Positions 1 to 14,100 of a stretch of 64,000 bases of DNA are shown one piece after another. Source of the DNA: Iphione sp. A-MEVVRFRX5 (Eukaryota). Each line of letters begins with the position of its first letter. The stretch's first letter is position 1. A model generated the notes under the pieces. That model saw only the letters and a program-made list of their open reading frames with translations. It was not told where the DNA came from and ran no database searches. The DNA is taken from the NCBI GenBank assembly GCA_976226885.1, contig OZ320315.1, forward strand, positions 43,710,001 to 43,774,000. The letters are read 5' to 3'. Made by a program: the position numbers and the translations under genes.

Positions 1-3000
1 CTGTTTATTTAAAAGAAAGCTCGTTCCTTTATACTACCCGGATAGCTCTGTATGCATATATTAGAGGCAGACACTAACTGCAGTCAATGAATGAGGCTGG
101 CAAGCATCGGTAAATCCACACTCATAGTCCATCGTATAGCCTACAGATGTACTGACACCTGAGAGTTAACTAGAAATGTATTTTAGAATTTTAGCTGAAG
201 ACTCTGATGTGCCATTTTTATTATATAATTCAATACCTAATACATAAAAATTATTTCGAAAAACCTTCATGAAATTTCTCCCGTTGTAATTTTTCCTCAC
301 AGCATTCACAAGAGTGTATCTACATAGATTTTAGCGCTGTTAGCAGAGGTGCTTTTGTTTTTCATAATAAATTCAGAGTGTGCTGTTAAGAAAACTGTGG
401 GCGAATGGGTATGATATTTATTCAGTCTTCCATTTGATTATTAGAGTTTCAGGTCTCTGAGGAGTTGAATCTTGAAATATGTTATTCTATTCCCTGGCAT
501 TGTCCTACGAAGAATGCCAACATGCATGACTATGATCTCAGACTGAGGTAGTACACGCAAGACACGGAGAATGACTGTCTCAGCCTACTTCGAAAGTGAT
601 AAAAAAAACTGTGATGTTTCTGTTTTCTTTCATTGTGAGGGGCATTCATAAAATATTTCTAAAAAAAACAGATCAGCTCTAGTTCTTGAAAATTTTTGGC
701 TGAATATGAAGTTGGATATCTTTGCACTTACATGCAGGTACATCATTCACTTGACCAGCCCGCTGGTTAAACAAGGTCAAGAGAAAAAAAGACTTCCCGG
801 AAGAAAAGCATTTGAAAGGGTATGTAAATCCATCAAGTATTTTTTCTTATATGACTTTCAAAGTTAGTTAAAATGAACTTAACTTCATACAAAAAAGGCA
901 ATCCATTCACGCTGCAGTAACATGAAAGCCCAGGGTGATCCCATACTTATTTCATTAGGGCTAATTATAACAACATCTTACTACAAAAGGGCAAAACTCC
1001 TCAACTTATATTCTTTTCTTGTTACGGATTATTAGCTCATGTATTCCTATTTGCTATTTGCTACACAATAATACATGACCTAAAGGTGCACATGTATACT
1101 GTGAGTTCTCATAGCTACCAATCAACCTCACATTCAGACAAAGAACCAGCTAAATTTCCATATACGTGTACCTGTCCTTGCTATTAGTATTTGCATATTC
1201 ATGATACAAATCCATGATTTTGTGTAGTGAAACAAATCTCAGTACACACAACTAGGTGTCTGTCCCACTAAGCACATAGTCAAATGTTGTATCCCAGCCA
1301 GACCACAATGCAGCCAAAAGCTTCATACCAGCAGGCAACATCTGTTCAGAATGGAGTTTTTAGCATATATCAACGTATATATTTAAATACCATAATCTTG
1401 GCCGTCTAACAGTATTTGACTACACGTACATAGATCTTTAGTATGAAAATGCAAACAGATGGTTATCAGGGGTGAGAGATAAGTTAACCTAAATGTTCAA
1501 ACAGATAGTCCAATTAGTGGGTCTCCATTTTATCTTTTTCAATTTCTGTTCAAGTCCCCAGGGCCTTGGAGCAGCTAATTGTAAGTCAGGTTTGTAGTGC
1601 AGATATATGTAGTAAATTCAGCCAAATGTGACATCACATCAGCTGACTGGTTGAAAGGCTATTCTGCGAGTATGATTTTTATGTTTGCTCAGTGCGCGAC
1701 AGGGTGAGTTTTAGGCCTGCACTGGAGTTATACCTTAAGCACCTGGAAGCTGGTAAATGTATTTGTTGATATTATGAAGAAAATTGCTCACAACCAGAAA
1801 GGACGACCGACTGTATTTTTTTTCGTTCTGTGGTCATGGACATATTCGTTGTCCATTTACAGAAGGTCATAGGATTGTTGTTTTGTAGTTACAGTTTTCA
1901 AGTGCGACTCTCTAGCATGTGCTCACAAATTCTGTCCCTGTGTAAGCCAGAGGCTATCCGAACGCTCTCTTTTGTGCTTTATATTTGTCTACCAGTGCTT
2001 CTGCATATTTGTTCGTCTGTCTTTCTGTCTGTCTCTGTTATATGTTGTTTTCCAAAGGTATTGTATGAATAAATAGCCTATGCTGAAAGATGCTACTCTC
2101 TGGCTATAGGTGAGCACGTCGTTTAAGATGTGTAGTATTATTGCTCAAAGCTTTCCTAGCAGGGGGAGGCATCACCTTCAAACCTTTTTCACTGCTCCCT
2201 TTACATTTCATCTCACCAACGCAGAGGCCTCGCGATCATTTCTGCAAGTGAATTCAATAACCATTGTAAACATGCTCACGGCACGATAGGTGTATGTATA
2301 AGCGTGCATGTATGTGGTCTGTCCCCATCAATGGCAGGCCTTGTACCGATTTTTTCCATTTTCCTTGATTCCTCCAATACCCTACATGAAGGCCTTCTTT
2401 GGTGCATACTGACAATAAAAGATTTACATATACAATGTACACACATGTCTACACATTTATGCATGCACCTATACCTGTACACACATACATGTATATATAT
2501 TATACATGTCTGTTACCGAGGTGACGCTGGTTGATTTTTCACTTTCCTCTATCAAACATGCCAGACTCCTCTTTTCCTTCCTACGAAAGCTGAATAACTC
2601 CTGTCGTCATCCGAGTTCAAATATATAGACGCGGACTACAATATGACGGTGGAAGATGTAGACGTGCGGCTGTGTATTTACCTGTCATGGTGCTACGTAC
2701 GGGGTCATGCGTTTATGAGAGGGATGAGGGGAGAGACACTCATGAGGAACACGTCCACAGGCTGTTTCCTCGTGATTTAGAGTTAAGTAGTCAAATCCTT
2801 AGTCGTATTTATATCATGATAATGCTTTTTGAAATAAAACTTTTTATCTCCTGATTTAAACGCAGACCTCCCCTCTTTACAATGATCAAACGTCTCGGCG
2901 AACGTTCGGAGACGCGAGAATAATCCATCAACTTGGTCTTCTTATTCTCATGACCTATGGTTAGCAGAATGCTAGACACCGTATAATATCTTAACAATTA

Positions 3001-4129
3001 CTAAAGGAGATCTTTCTGGCTAGAGGAATGGCAAGTGAGATAATAGAGTAGTGGGGCACTTGAAAAGATAAATGTATGCTACTATACATCCTCCTAATTT
3101 GAGGCGCACAATATTTATACTAGGGGTAATTTCGCCCCTTTTCACTACAGTTCCCCACACTGTCATGAATTGCAATTGCGGTCATGTCTAAACAGATGCC
3201 TCTCTTTTATGCCAGCACCAAGCTCTCACCCCCCTGTCAGTTGACTTCTGGCCTCTGACACAGTCCCATTATCCCGACTTGTCAACGCTGATATAAATGT
3301 ATACCTGTAGAACCCTGCCTCTACACCCTAAATACATGTCATTATGTCTAATAGAGTCGTAAGACACCTGTTGTTTTCCCCCGCCTGTGATGATGTGGCA
3401 AGACTACTGCCCCACCTGATGGCAGGGGGAAGGCCTGCTCGGCCTTGCATAGACTCAGGAGGTACTTATCGCCAAAACTAAGTTAAGTTGGACAGCTATT
3501 CTCAGTGCAGATAAAAGCACCACCTGCATTTTGTTTTTATGCCCGATAGGGGAAGCATAGGCAGACTAAAATTTAGTATGGCGATAAGCCGTCTCATTTC
3601 GTGCAACCCGATCGTTGTGAGGTACTTCTTGCAACATAATCTCTTGTAGGACAAGTTGGCCTTTTGTACCACATTGGAAATTTGTTGATAGTAGTAGGGC
3701 TGGACAAGCCATAGGCTAACACTTGTATGATGCAGATGACTATCGAGGATAAGGGGTTGTGTTTACTGCTTGTGGTGTTTGAATATGTTGGAAGTCATCT
3801 CCTCGGGGCAACTGCCTCTTCTATCCGCAGAGGACAAGAAAAGGTATTGTGCAGATAATTCCCATGTCACTTATTAAACGTGGGTGAAAGGTTTTATTTA
3901 TGTACATCCGGTGAAGTTGGACTTTTTTCCGGCCAGATCCGTCTTGAATTCCAATGGTATATGGCGCAAGAAAAAAAACCAAACTCTGCATTCCTTCAGG
4001 CAGCACCAATTAAAAGGTGAGAAAGTGGCTGGTGTGCGGAGAAAAACTCGCACAAAATTAGAAACGGCTGCCGAGGGAAGACTGCTGTAACAGTTCTTCG
4101 TGATGATTAGTCTGAAATTCGCTCTCATG

Positions 4130-4580
4130 CCTTCGCTGCCCGACCGGAGTGAGTACCTGCCTGCACCGGGGCCGCAAATGATTGCGGCTGCGTCAAAGGG
4201 GAGGGACGAACCTGGGGCGCGCCTGCCTCACGCCTGGCAAGGCCCCTCGCTGGGCGGCGGTGGGTGAGTGGAGTGCCTTCCGAGGATCATTTCCGCTGCG
4301 ACTGACCCTCGACGCGGCCGCGGGCGAAAAGTCGCGCATGTGACAGCCGCTAAGCAGGCACTAAATAGCCAGGCCCAGCGGTATTCCAGACGCCCAGCTA
4401 CGATGCTAAATCTACCATATTCAATTTTTAGCTCGACCATTCCAAAGTTATTTACTCAACAAATTGGGCGGCGCTTAGGAACCAGCAGGGGTGCCGAAGC
4501 CGACCGGCAGTCAAGGAGGCAACCGACGGAACTCGATTTACCGAGCCCAGTGAGAGACGACCGCACCCGCTGCTGAAATC
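4130..4580. other. GC/CpG-rich island of unknown origin
   Basis: Dense CpG and GC runs against an AT-rich background; no gene or element assigned. Confidence 0.35.
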
Positions 4581-7500
4581 GGGTCGTGAGAAATAGCTAG
4601 CTAGATATACATATATAATGATAGGTCTGGTGAAGTGAAAGAGCTGCTGGTGGGGGCGGACATATAGTTGCCTTCCCCCCTCGCCCAGGCTATCAACAAC
4701 ATGTCACAACCCCCAGGTGTTCGTGGCAACTTGAGAGGAGCTAGCAGCAAGATGCGGAACTTCACATCACCCGTCGCCAATCGGCCAGGGAGTTGCCACG
4801 GGCTTCAGACCCCACCATGCAGACATTGTTGACGGTCGTGCCTTGGTGGAGTGGGGGGACAAACCTCAAGTGCCTGCTGGCCTGGACGGGCCTGGCGATC
4901 AATGGATTCCCGGGCTCCGGAGGGGACTGATCGACCTTCACATGGGATGTTTTCCTTGATCAAAAGCTTGATGAAAAAAACGTGACTTGGACAGCATGCG
5001 TCACATATGCTGGATCAAAGAAAGAGGATGTCAAGATCGGATGGGGCTCATTTACCTCTAGCAACGTCTGTTTGTAATCTTAGACGCGGCGTAATTACTT
5101 AGGTGAATAAAGGAACGATAAAAACCAAAGTGTTCTGCTTTTAAAGCCACTAAATAGTTTTGTATTATATCATTGATTGTTAATAGAAAGACCCCATAGA
5201 GTGACAATACGGTGTGTAGAGACGTATTTCAAAGCATATTTTCTTCTTTTTGTTATTATTTTCTAAATGGAATCACATTAAGGCTAATTGTGACATAGTA
5301 CTTAGAAAAGGAATTGTGTTTTAGCAACTTGCATCATCATTTACACACTATAAAATATTAGCACCACGAACTGGGTGACTGTGGAGACTATTTAGACGAA
5401 TTTCGGGGGGCAAAGCTGAAGACATTTTGGCTATCGGCTGTTGTGTTCAAATCATTACTCTAGAGAGTTGTGTGGTGACACATCTGGAAAAACGTAAAAT
5501 AAAAACAGAGAGTAAGCACAGAAGAGGAGACACGGAGAGCCAAAAAGAGTGAAAAACATACATGTATATAGAGAGAGGGAGGGAGGAAGAAAATGGGAGA
5601 GAAAGGTGGAGAAAGAGAGTGACTTTTAGGGAGACTCGGAGTGGGGTCATAATAAGTGCACAAACAGAATTAAAGAATCATACATGCGCACCCAGCTTAC
5701 ATACGGCCACATAGCTCGCACTGATCACTCGAAGTCCATCAATTGTCGAGAATTGTACACATTTATTGTCAGCAAAGCATCTCAGTTGGCCTGAAATCCA
5801 ACACCGCCTGAGCACACCTGCGAAGCTACCTTCAGAGGGGTCCTTTGATGTGACGGCCGGGCCTGCCGCATTGATGCCTTCCCACCTGGCTGCAGCCCCT
5901 CAGGTGCTGAACAATGACTGCTCCATCTGCTCTCTCTTCCTCTCCCTTTCGGTTCTTCTCCTTCAACAAACATGTATCTAGCTTGGTTCTCAACATAGTC
6001 CTTATATCCAGCGCCATACCCCCTTCTCTCCACAATAGTTATGCATATTCCGTTATCAGCACAACCGAAATCCCGGTGGAATGTATTTCCAATGCTGCGA
6101 CTAAGTAATCTGTGTACTTAAGCAATTCCTTTGAAATTTTATGATTTATATGTATAGACAGATTACATTCCTCATCAGATTGACAAAACCTGATAATTAA
6201 GAGATTTTTCTAAAAAGAAGAAAGTAATTGTAGAACGAAAATAACCTCCGGATATACAGCCTTGCTCAAGCATACATAAATTCTAAATGGATAAAAGCAG
6301 CTAGTACTCGAGCTTAGATTCGCCTGGGCCAATATCAGTCACCCACTTCGAAAATTTCTAAATAAAATGGGCTTGATTCGCCTTTATACACATGAAGACG
6401 GATGAAGTAGTAGTCACCCTGTGTGTTTTGATATATTGTCGGGTCTTTTTTCGGGGGCCGGACACCTGCAAGTGGGAGGGCTGCTTGAGATCTCGGATAA
6501 CTCGACGTGGAAAAGCATCCGGACACCTGGATGTGCTGACAGCCAAGCAAGTCGGGTGGCCCGATGCGCTCGCCCATACAGGCAGCACCCACATCATCCA
6601 TAATCTTTATCAGTACAGCGTAAATTTGGGGAAAGAGCTGAAGATACGCTCAGCTTGCCCGCTATGGATGAACTTAGGCTTTAGGTAGATATCTATACAA
6701 CAACATTCATCTCCTTTTTAACCCAATAAAGTCGTTTCTTTGGACAACTCCGAAAAGGGAGAGAGCGACAGAAAAAAAACAGATCGTTTTTAAGCCTCGC
6801 ATATCCGTTCTCCCCCAGTTCCTCATTAAAATTACAGCGACCGCCAACCATGGTGGTAAAGATTATGAGGCAGAAAACATTGTACGTCTTCTATATACCC
6901 GCTCATTAAGGGCCCATTAAGGAGGTGTCTTGGCACGGTGGAGGCCGAGTCGGGCGGCCGAGATTGCTGGCTTCCCCAGCCAGGACCACCTGCTGTTGCC
7001 GTAACAACCAGGTGACAGCTCTGACACACGTGACATATGACGATCTGTCTCCCTGCCACCCCTCCGGGGGTTGTGGCAGCGGTGGTAGGCGTCGACGACC
7101 GTAGTATGGCCGACACAACGCTAAACAAATATTGACTTCTCCTAAGCATTGCCGCTGGCAGCCGCTCACAGCAACAATCTATGGTCCTTGGCTCGTGATG
7201 AAAAATTACTTGATTGGTCTCGCTCCCAGTGTGGGGTCAGGCGGCGGTGTGCTACCGTGTCGGGGTGTTGATCAGTGCGCCTCTAGCGGCTTGACAGTGG
7301 CAGTCGACCTGGAGATAGCCTCAGCCACAACAAGACTGGCTTTGTCAGGCACTTGTTGTACGTCCCATTTCCCTGTCTCCTCGCTCTGTCCCTATCTACG
7401 ACCTCTCCTTGAGCTGATATACTTTGTCTGTCTACCTCCACCCTTCCTCTTGTATTTTTTTCTTGCTGCTTTCATATCTATTTGATTCGATTGATTCCAT

Positions 7501-9781
7501 TATTCTAATGACACACCATTCATATATGTATAAATCTACACGTACATATACATTAATTCTATCCTTATAGACTTGTGGGAATGTACTTAACACATGCACA
7601 CAGGCACACACACACTTTGGACTACAGAATGCGTTTCCGTAATTTGATACACCGTACAAAACACACAGGAAAGGAAAGCAGGTCTTGACATTATTGTACG
7701 TTGACGTTTCATCTTGACTTAATTTGATACAGATCGTTTGGTGAGGAACACTCGACGTTTGGTGGTTTAGGGTGATGCCTAGACTCCAAGATAATGAGAC
7801 TGCATTTGCCAAGTTCTTTCATTATAACGCGCTTTGCAAGAAGCAGGAATTCCCCCAGTAATCCAACCTAGATGCGTCCAGGTGCGTTTGTCAGGTACCC
7901 TTATTCAACCGGTGGCAATGGCAAAAGACCAACCCACCCCCTCCCCTCCATCAATATACCTGACGTCCTGGGGAGATGATCAGTAGGTATCACTATACTA
8001 TTTACACAAGAGTCTCGCCCACCGCAGCACACCATCCGAGGCTACCACATGCGGGGTGCAGTCACCGCGACGTCAGTCTAACCTTGTCAATATTGTTTTT
8101 ACCTAGCACCCCTTCGGGCCACACCTTCATCGCCTGCACTGAAAAGGAAGACCCAAACAAAGCTCCTCGTTATGTACCAAGTTTTGGCATTAGTTTTCTC
8201 GCTTCGTTTTTATTCTTTCGTTATTTTGACTAAGTCATGCCCTCGAGGCAAATCGGTTTTCATACGCTGTTGTGTTATTCATGGGTGCCACTGGATGTAG
8301 TATAAGTTAAAAGATAGATTTTAGGCCGGTTGCACATGGAAACCACAAAGATAAATATTTTTCCAGGTAGCCAAGGAGAACAATAGAACCCTGTGAGTAC
8401 ACATCACAAACTAGATAACCAATGGACCCAATCAATCATTATTCGGAGCTGTTTTGAAAGAGAACTTGATATGTTCTGTACACGTACTATATTTCACAAA
8501 AGCTCTACACCATCTGTCATTAGTTATGTTTTGACAAAGCACTATTTTATGCGTACTTTTGAAGATTCAATTCCACAAGCATATGTACTGTGTATGGACA
8601 TGTCGTGTTACATGTGTATAAATTTATCTGCGTCTATCCTCCTTTGATAAAGTATTTGAAATAAAGACAAATTCTCCTCTGATACGGGACTATTAGCAGG
8701 AGTTAACTGCCATATATCTGACGTAGATGTATCATTGAATAAACATTTATTAAGAATCCGAACTACTTCGGGAAAGTTCATGAAAGAGTTTGATAATTGC
8801 CACTGGGCTTCATATTACATAAATCAAAGAGGAAGGACATATCAGACCGTGTTTGATTTAGCGGAAACATACCTCTGTTGCATCAGTTCGCTAATAGTTG
8901 CCAGCCGAAGATATGTTAGATGTCTGTGTATTAAAGCTAATGGCACAAAAAAGAAAACCATTTACTTAATTAGTTCTGATAGCATCCTTTGAACTTTGGA
9001 TATATTTTCAGAGGAAGAAGAAAAAGAGCGACATCTAAATGCTGGATATCCTTCGTAGTCGATTATCGAATCTTATTGACTAAAAACCGATATGGCGAGT
9101 AAAAAAGTACCATTGCTTTGTCGGAATCTTCAACGATAAGTATCAAGACTATCTAAAACAAGACTATGTCATTTCTTGAAGTAACTGCTGCCGTTTCCTA
9201 TAGCACAGTGTACTCTCTTTTGACGCGTCTATGGAGCAAACGCTTTTGTTTCGGTGCAATTCTAGTTCAGTGTGGTTTGGGGCCATATACATAAAGTTAG
9301 CCCTGCAAAACTTAGTCGCTAAAATCAGGGACATCTTGCGTCGATTCAACTGATGGACATAGTGAGTGACTGAAGTCAATGACTTCTAGTACATTTACAA
9401 GGAAAACAATGTTATGCATGGGCACATTTAGAGGAAACACGATAACATCCAGTGTCAAGACTTGCATAAGGATTTTGCATTTACCAGTTCTCGTCACTAC
9501 GACATCTACGACACTTGAATACACATGAAAGAACCCTATAGAGCATGACACAGCTATACTCCTGAAACGGTCCCGTGAGGTCTAAGAAGACAGCCCGGTG
9601 GATATAACTTTTGTTGACACCGATAAGGGAACATTTAAGGGGATCTAGTTAATCTTGAAATTAACATGATCAAATGCCTTAATCTTTAGGAATCATCTCT
9701 GGCACTACACACGATCACTTGGCCTAAAATCCTAAAGGTAGCTCGCTTTATAATAATTTTCTAGATACTCAGTTGCAGTTA

Positions 9782-11105
9782 CAGTGGGTCCCCACCTACG
9801 GGACACATCTGCAACCAGGACAAACCTCAAATAACACAGTTGGAAGAAAAAACAATCATTTATTAGATAATGAATTTAGGGAGGATGTAACTAAAGGGGG
9901 CAATGAAGATACAAGAATGTCAGCATGAGGAAACTCTGAGGCCCGGTTTGCTTACATGTATAGGTGTCCAGGGAGGTGCAGGAGAGATCCAGGTGCATTT
10001 TCAGTGCATTTATATATGTGTTTTTCATTTCCCGCACTCTCCCACAGAGGGAGGTTCCATACCTGTGGGAAACCATGTCAGAAACACACGGGAGAGAGAG
10101 ACAGAGACACTGTGTGTGGAAATTGTGTAGTTTTTCATGGAGATTAAAGCATATCTGTAGAAATTGTGCCACTTTTCATGGAGATTGAAGCATATCAGTT
10201 GAAATTGTGCCATTTTTCATGGAGATTGCAGCATGACTGTGGAAATGGTGCCCTTCAAGGAGTTTGAAGCATATCAGTAAAAATTGTGCATTTTTTAAGC
10301 AAATGATATGCAAATATGATAATTTTTCAGCAGGTAAATGTGGATAAGTACACCTGATTCAAAGACAATCTACATTATACTACTGTGCATTGGTGTGTAT
10401 GCGCATGAAATTATCAAACCTGGTCTGAAAACAGGCAACACATGTCAATGCACATCAATACACATGGACAGCTATTGGACATAAGGAACACCCCTTTTTG
10501 AAATAAACATGACCAATAAAAATGCACAGAAAGGCACAGAATCACACATGGACATTGCTGCATGTAAGGAAACCGGGCCTAAGGGACCTCCTATACCTAG
10601 TTTTTTCCTTGAGTGAGCCCAGACTGGGAAGCTCACCAGACCCTCCTGTCACTCACAAGTCCCCGCCCCTCTATTGTTCACAAGGCTCTTCTGCAGCTAT
10701 TAGGTGTCTTTTTGTTCTAGGTGACTAACAAAAATATTCCCTGACTCTCCTTGTCACAACTGTCTTTAACGCCTGTTACTCTTTTTGATGGTGTAAATTA
10801 GAGCAGAAAGTCCTGAGTTACAGTAAATTTGAGGAACAAAAACCTAATTTGTTGTGAGCTCATGGGGAAAACCATGAATTGCAGTGAATTGGGGAACAAT
10901 CCTGCGTTGTGGTGATTTGATGTTGATGGGAAAGACTACACATTTCCACCAATTTCACTTGTACGTTCTGTGAAAATGGCACATGAATTTGAAAAGATTT
11001 ACAGACACCCAGGCCTTAGGCCATAGCATTTCAGACTGACACATGTGTGAAATCGGGCGAGTTTTACAAAGAACCAAGGGCGTCCTGATTAGAAATGTCC
11101 CACTG
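9782..11105. mobile_element. Non-autonomous DNA transposon (Tc1-like ends) with an internal minisatellite
   Basis: ta|cagtggg... left end and ...tcccactg right end; blocks at about 9810-9950, 10610-10680, 10830-11000 and 11070-11105 align colinearly with 29650-30339. Confidence 0.6.
10119..10295. repeat. 41-bp minisatellite, about 4.3 copies
   Basis: Unit gaaattgtgccacttttcatggagattgaagcatatcagtt starting at 10119, 10160, 10201, 10242 and about 10280. Confidence 0.9.
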
Positions 11106-14100
11106 TGTAAGTCTACTCTGAGGTCTACTCAAAGTTATCATATTTTAGTGACTTTTGCATGGAGGCATATGGCCCTAATATGTACATAGAATGTTTATGG
11201 ATACCCTATAAAGAAATAAAACACAAAGAAATCAGAACCAATTAATTACTGAGAAACATTTTGTATTCACGTACAAATAAATATTTTTGAGAAAAAATCA
11301 ACTGATGTCTTTTAATACAAGAGGGAGAGCCGGGTGGACCAGTGCAGATAGATCGATGCATGGGGAAATGAATGAGTACAGAGGTCAGAAAAACGACGGA
11401 GTAAAAGGCGCCTTCACCTCTCACCTCCACTGAGATACTGAAGAGAATTCCTACGGGTCAACCGCTGTTGCCAACAAAGGAGACCACACAAAGCGGCGGT
11501 CAAGGTATTTTTTCATCCGCACCTTCATTATAGTTTTACCTGAATTACAGGCTTTTAGCACCTGTTTGATTGAGAGGGCCAGTGATAGATAAGCCCCCCA
11601 TATAAGAGCGAAGGTAGGACGATGGGGTCATCAAGCGGTAGGTCCTTGCCAGTGTGATCGCAGTCGTTGACCCTGGCTCGCTATCCATGTCGCCTCAACT
11701 GTTCTTTCGGGCTGATTCTGGAGATTAGGCAAAATCCTGAATATCTCACCTCTACTCGCGGCATATTTTCGACCGGCACTAACTCAGCTGAAATTATGAC
11801 CTGCCAAGATCCAAACAAGACATCAAAAAGGCAATTGACGAAGGCGTAGGGCCACTTTTAAAAATATAAATACGGCGAGACGGCCGTTTGGTGTTTATCG
11901 GGCTTTCAGCTTCTCCGCGGCCGGCTTGTGATCTTTTCGTGGCCCGAATAGATGGACAGAACGCACCGACGGGGATCGGAATCTTTTAAATGACTACTGA
12001 TGATATACTGCAGGTTAGACCATCAGAAACACATTATCTCCACTCGATTTATCTCAATCCTTTACTTTCTATCCATTAGTGGTTCGTCCGGACTTGGGAT
12101 CGTCTTCAAAGAGTAGTAAAACAGTCATGCCTCATGATGAGCACTTCCCTCAATTTCTTGCGAGTCTCTCTATAAAGTGGTATTTAGTATTTTATGACGA
12201 CCACTTAGAGAAAGGAGGCTTTTCATTTGGATGAAAGGATTTGATGATAATTTTCTTATTGATATATATCAAGAGGTTATATCACATGACTCTGCCTGAA
12301 AAGAACAAATTCAGTATATCTTCTTTCAGTGGATTATCACCTGATGGTAATAAAATGGCTCATCTCTTGTGAGAGTTCAAGCTACTTGAGAATAGATTTG
12401 ATGTACCTATACCACACGCAGCAGTGACTTTGAAATTTTCTTCAAAAGTAGTAATCACTTACCCCACGATTTAGGGTGATCAAATATGATCGCGTTTTCA
12501 GAAGAACATCCTGGTGAATAGCGATTTACTCGTACAGATTTTTTCTTGTCTCTGCCGTAGAAAACAGGTGAGGGCGTCCCATGCAGCAAATGATCTTCCC
12601 ACCTGAAGCACCACACACAGTCACCGATAACTAGCATAATTACCTGATGAAATAGTTCGCTCCACCAGCCGTGTCAGATCAGCGGTTGGATCTTTGCTGA
12701 GCTAAATGGATGTGCGGTAGTCTTATCTTTCCGCTCAGCGCACCGGCAACAATACTCTTTTATCTTTTGTCCTCCTGCCGCCAACTTTTACAAGCACTGG
12801 CTGTCCGCCTATTTGGCTCTTATTCTTTAACTCTGTAGCGGAAACGCGCGAGGCATGATCCAACAAGAAAGGCCGCGGAATAAACAACCTCAAATGTTTA
12901 CCTCCTTCAAGCAAATCTTTACAGCTGATTTTCTTTCCCCTTTTTTTTTCTCATCTCCCGAACCCCTCGTCTCGAAGAATCGAGTCGAAATAACCAGCGC
13001 AGACCCATTACGGATACCGTGTTGATGAAGCAAATGGTCTGATGGATATCGTATAATGTAATGTGTGAAATATTCTGAATTCTCGACTACGTACATCATG
13101 AGTGACGTAGACCACACGTACAGTGATGATCTAACCGCCTGCTGCAGCAATGCTGTCTAGCCGCTGAGTCGGCAGCGTGTCGTGTGCGGTGACAGTTCCT
13201 GACGGACTAGGAGGATGTGGCTTTTTAGCACTTGAAGTCACAGCAATGAAGATTTGATGGCATACTAGCATATTATAGAGCTCAGCAGTCACGAAGTTAA
13301 ACACGTATTACGGCTTCATCAGCTATGTACAGACGGGTGTAATTAGGAGGAGTGTTGCCGTGGCTATTTAACATTTTCTGCAAAATTTATGGCCCAAATG
13401 GCCCAAATAACGGAAAATCCTCACATCTATTTAATAATTATATGTATACCTAGCAGTTCATGTACATTGTATACACACATATACATATATATGTATATAA
13501 TATATAAAATTGAGCTTTATCTAGATATCTTATAATCCAGACAGATTCGGTTCGAACCCTCTCCTACCCAGATTAACATAACTACATGTATATGTACATC
13601 GCTGGTCAAATGAAACTAGTTTCTGGCTCAGTAAAGCTGCCTGTAAAAGCCTCAAAGTTTGCAGCGTTTTCAATTTGCGATAGTTTTCTTAGCATATCTT
13701 GTAAAATGTTGGTTGTCTTTGCGCGACGTAATGCTACGACTGGCGTACATGCAAATGAAAGAGGGATTACCAGTGTTTTACGAACGATTCTTTTACCAAT
13801 TTTGTAGTTGACATGTCTTTCCTCCAATTTTCTCTTCTTGCCTAAAATCAATAAGAGTATCAGAGCAATCTGTCGCTTATCCAAACACACAATGCTAGTA
13901 GTATTTTCAGTAATTTGTGTTGCATAGAAAACTGGGACAGCTATACGTTAATGATACTGAAGATAATCACATTATCCTAACCATAATTCGTAAAGGTGTA
14001 AGGGAGGAAAGTGATCATTACTGTATAACTAATTGAGAGGCCTGTTCTGTAAGCAGTTATGTTCCAGACAGTAATATACTAAAATATCGCCCATTAATCA

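Noticed and set aside
3960-4090. TLHSFR...AGV spaced like a tyrosine recombinase motif
   Set aside because: Intervening and downstream residues (RGGAT, GxW, Y) do not match
4817-5077. Selenoprotein reading of the in-frame TGA at 4928
   Set aside because: No CxxU/UxxC context and no SECIS-like element recognised downstream
6832-7149. ICHVCQSCH as a gag zinc knuckle
   Set aside because: Spacing is not CX2CX4HX4C and no pol follows
8410-9620. Long protein-looking frame suggesting a decayed viral or transposon gene
   Set aside because: About 12 stops in about 190 codons (9039-9620) is what random AT-rich DNA gives, and no family motif is recognisable
11900-13150. Decayed minus-strand ORF with a ubiquitin-like snippet (DHLLHQHGIRNGSALV)
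   Set aside because: The resemblance covers only a few residues, the frames have many stops, and there is no exon structure
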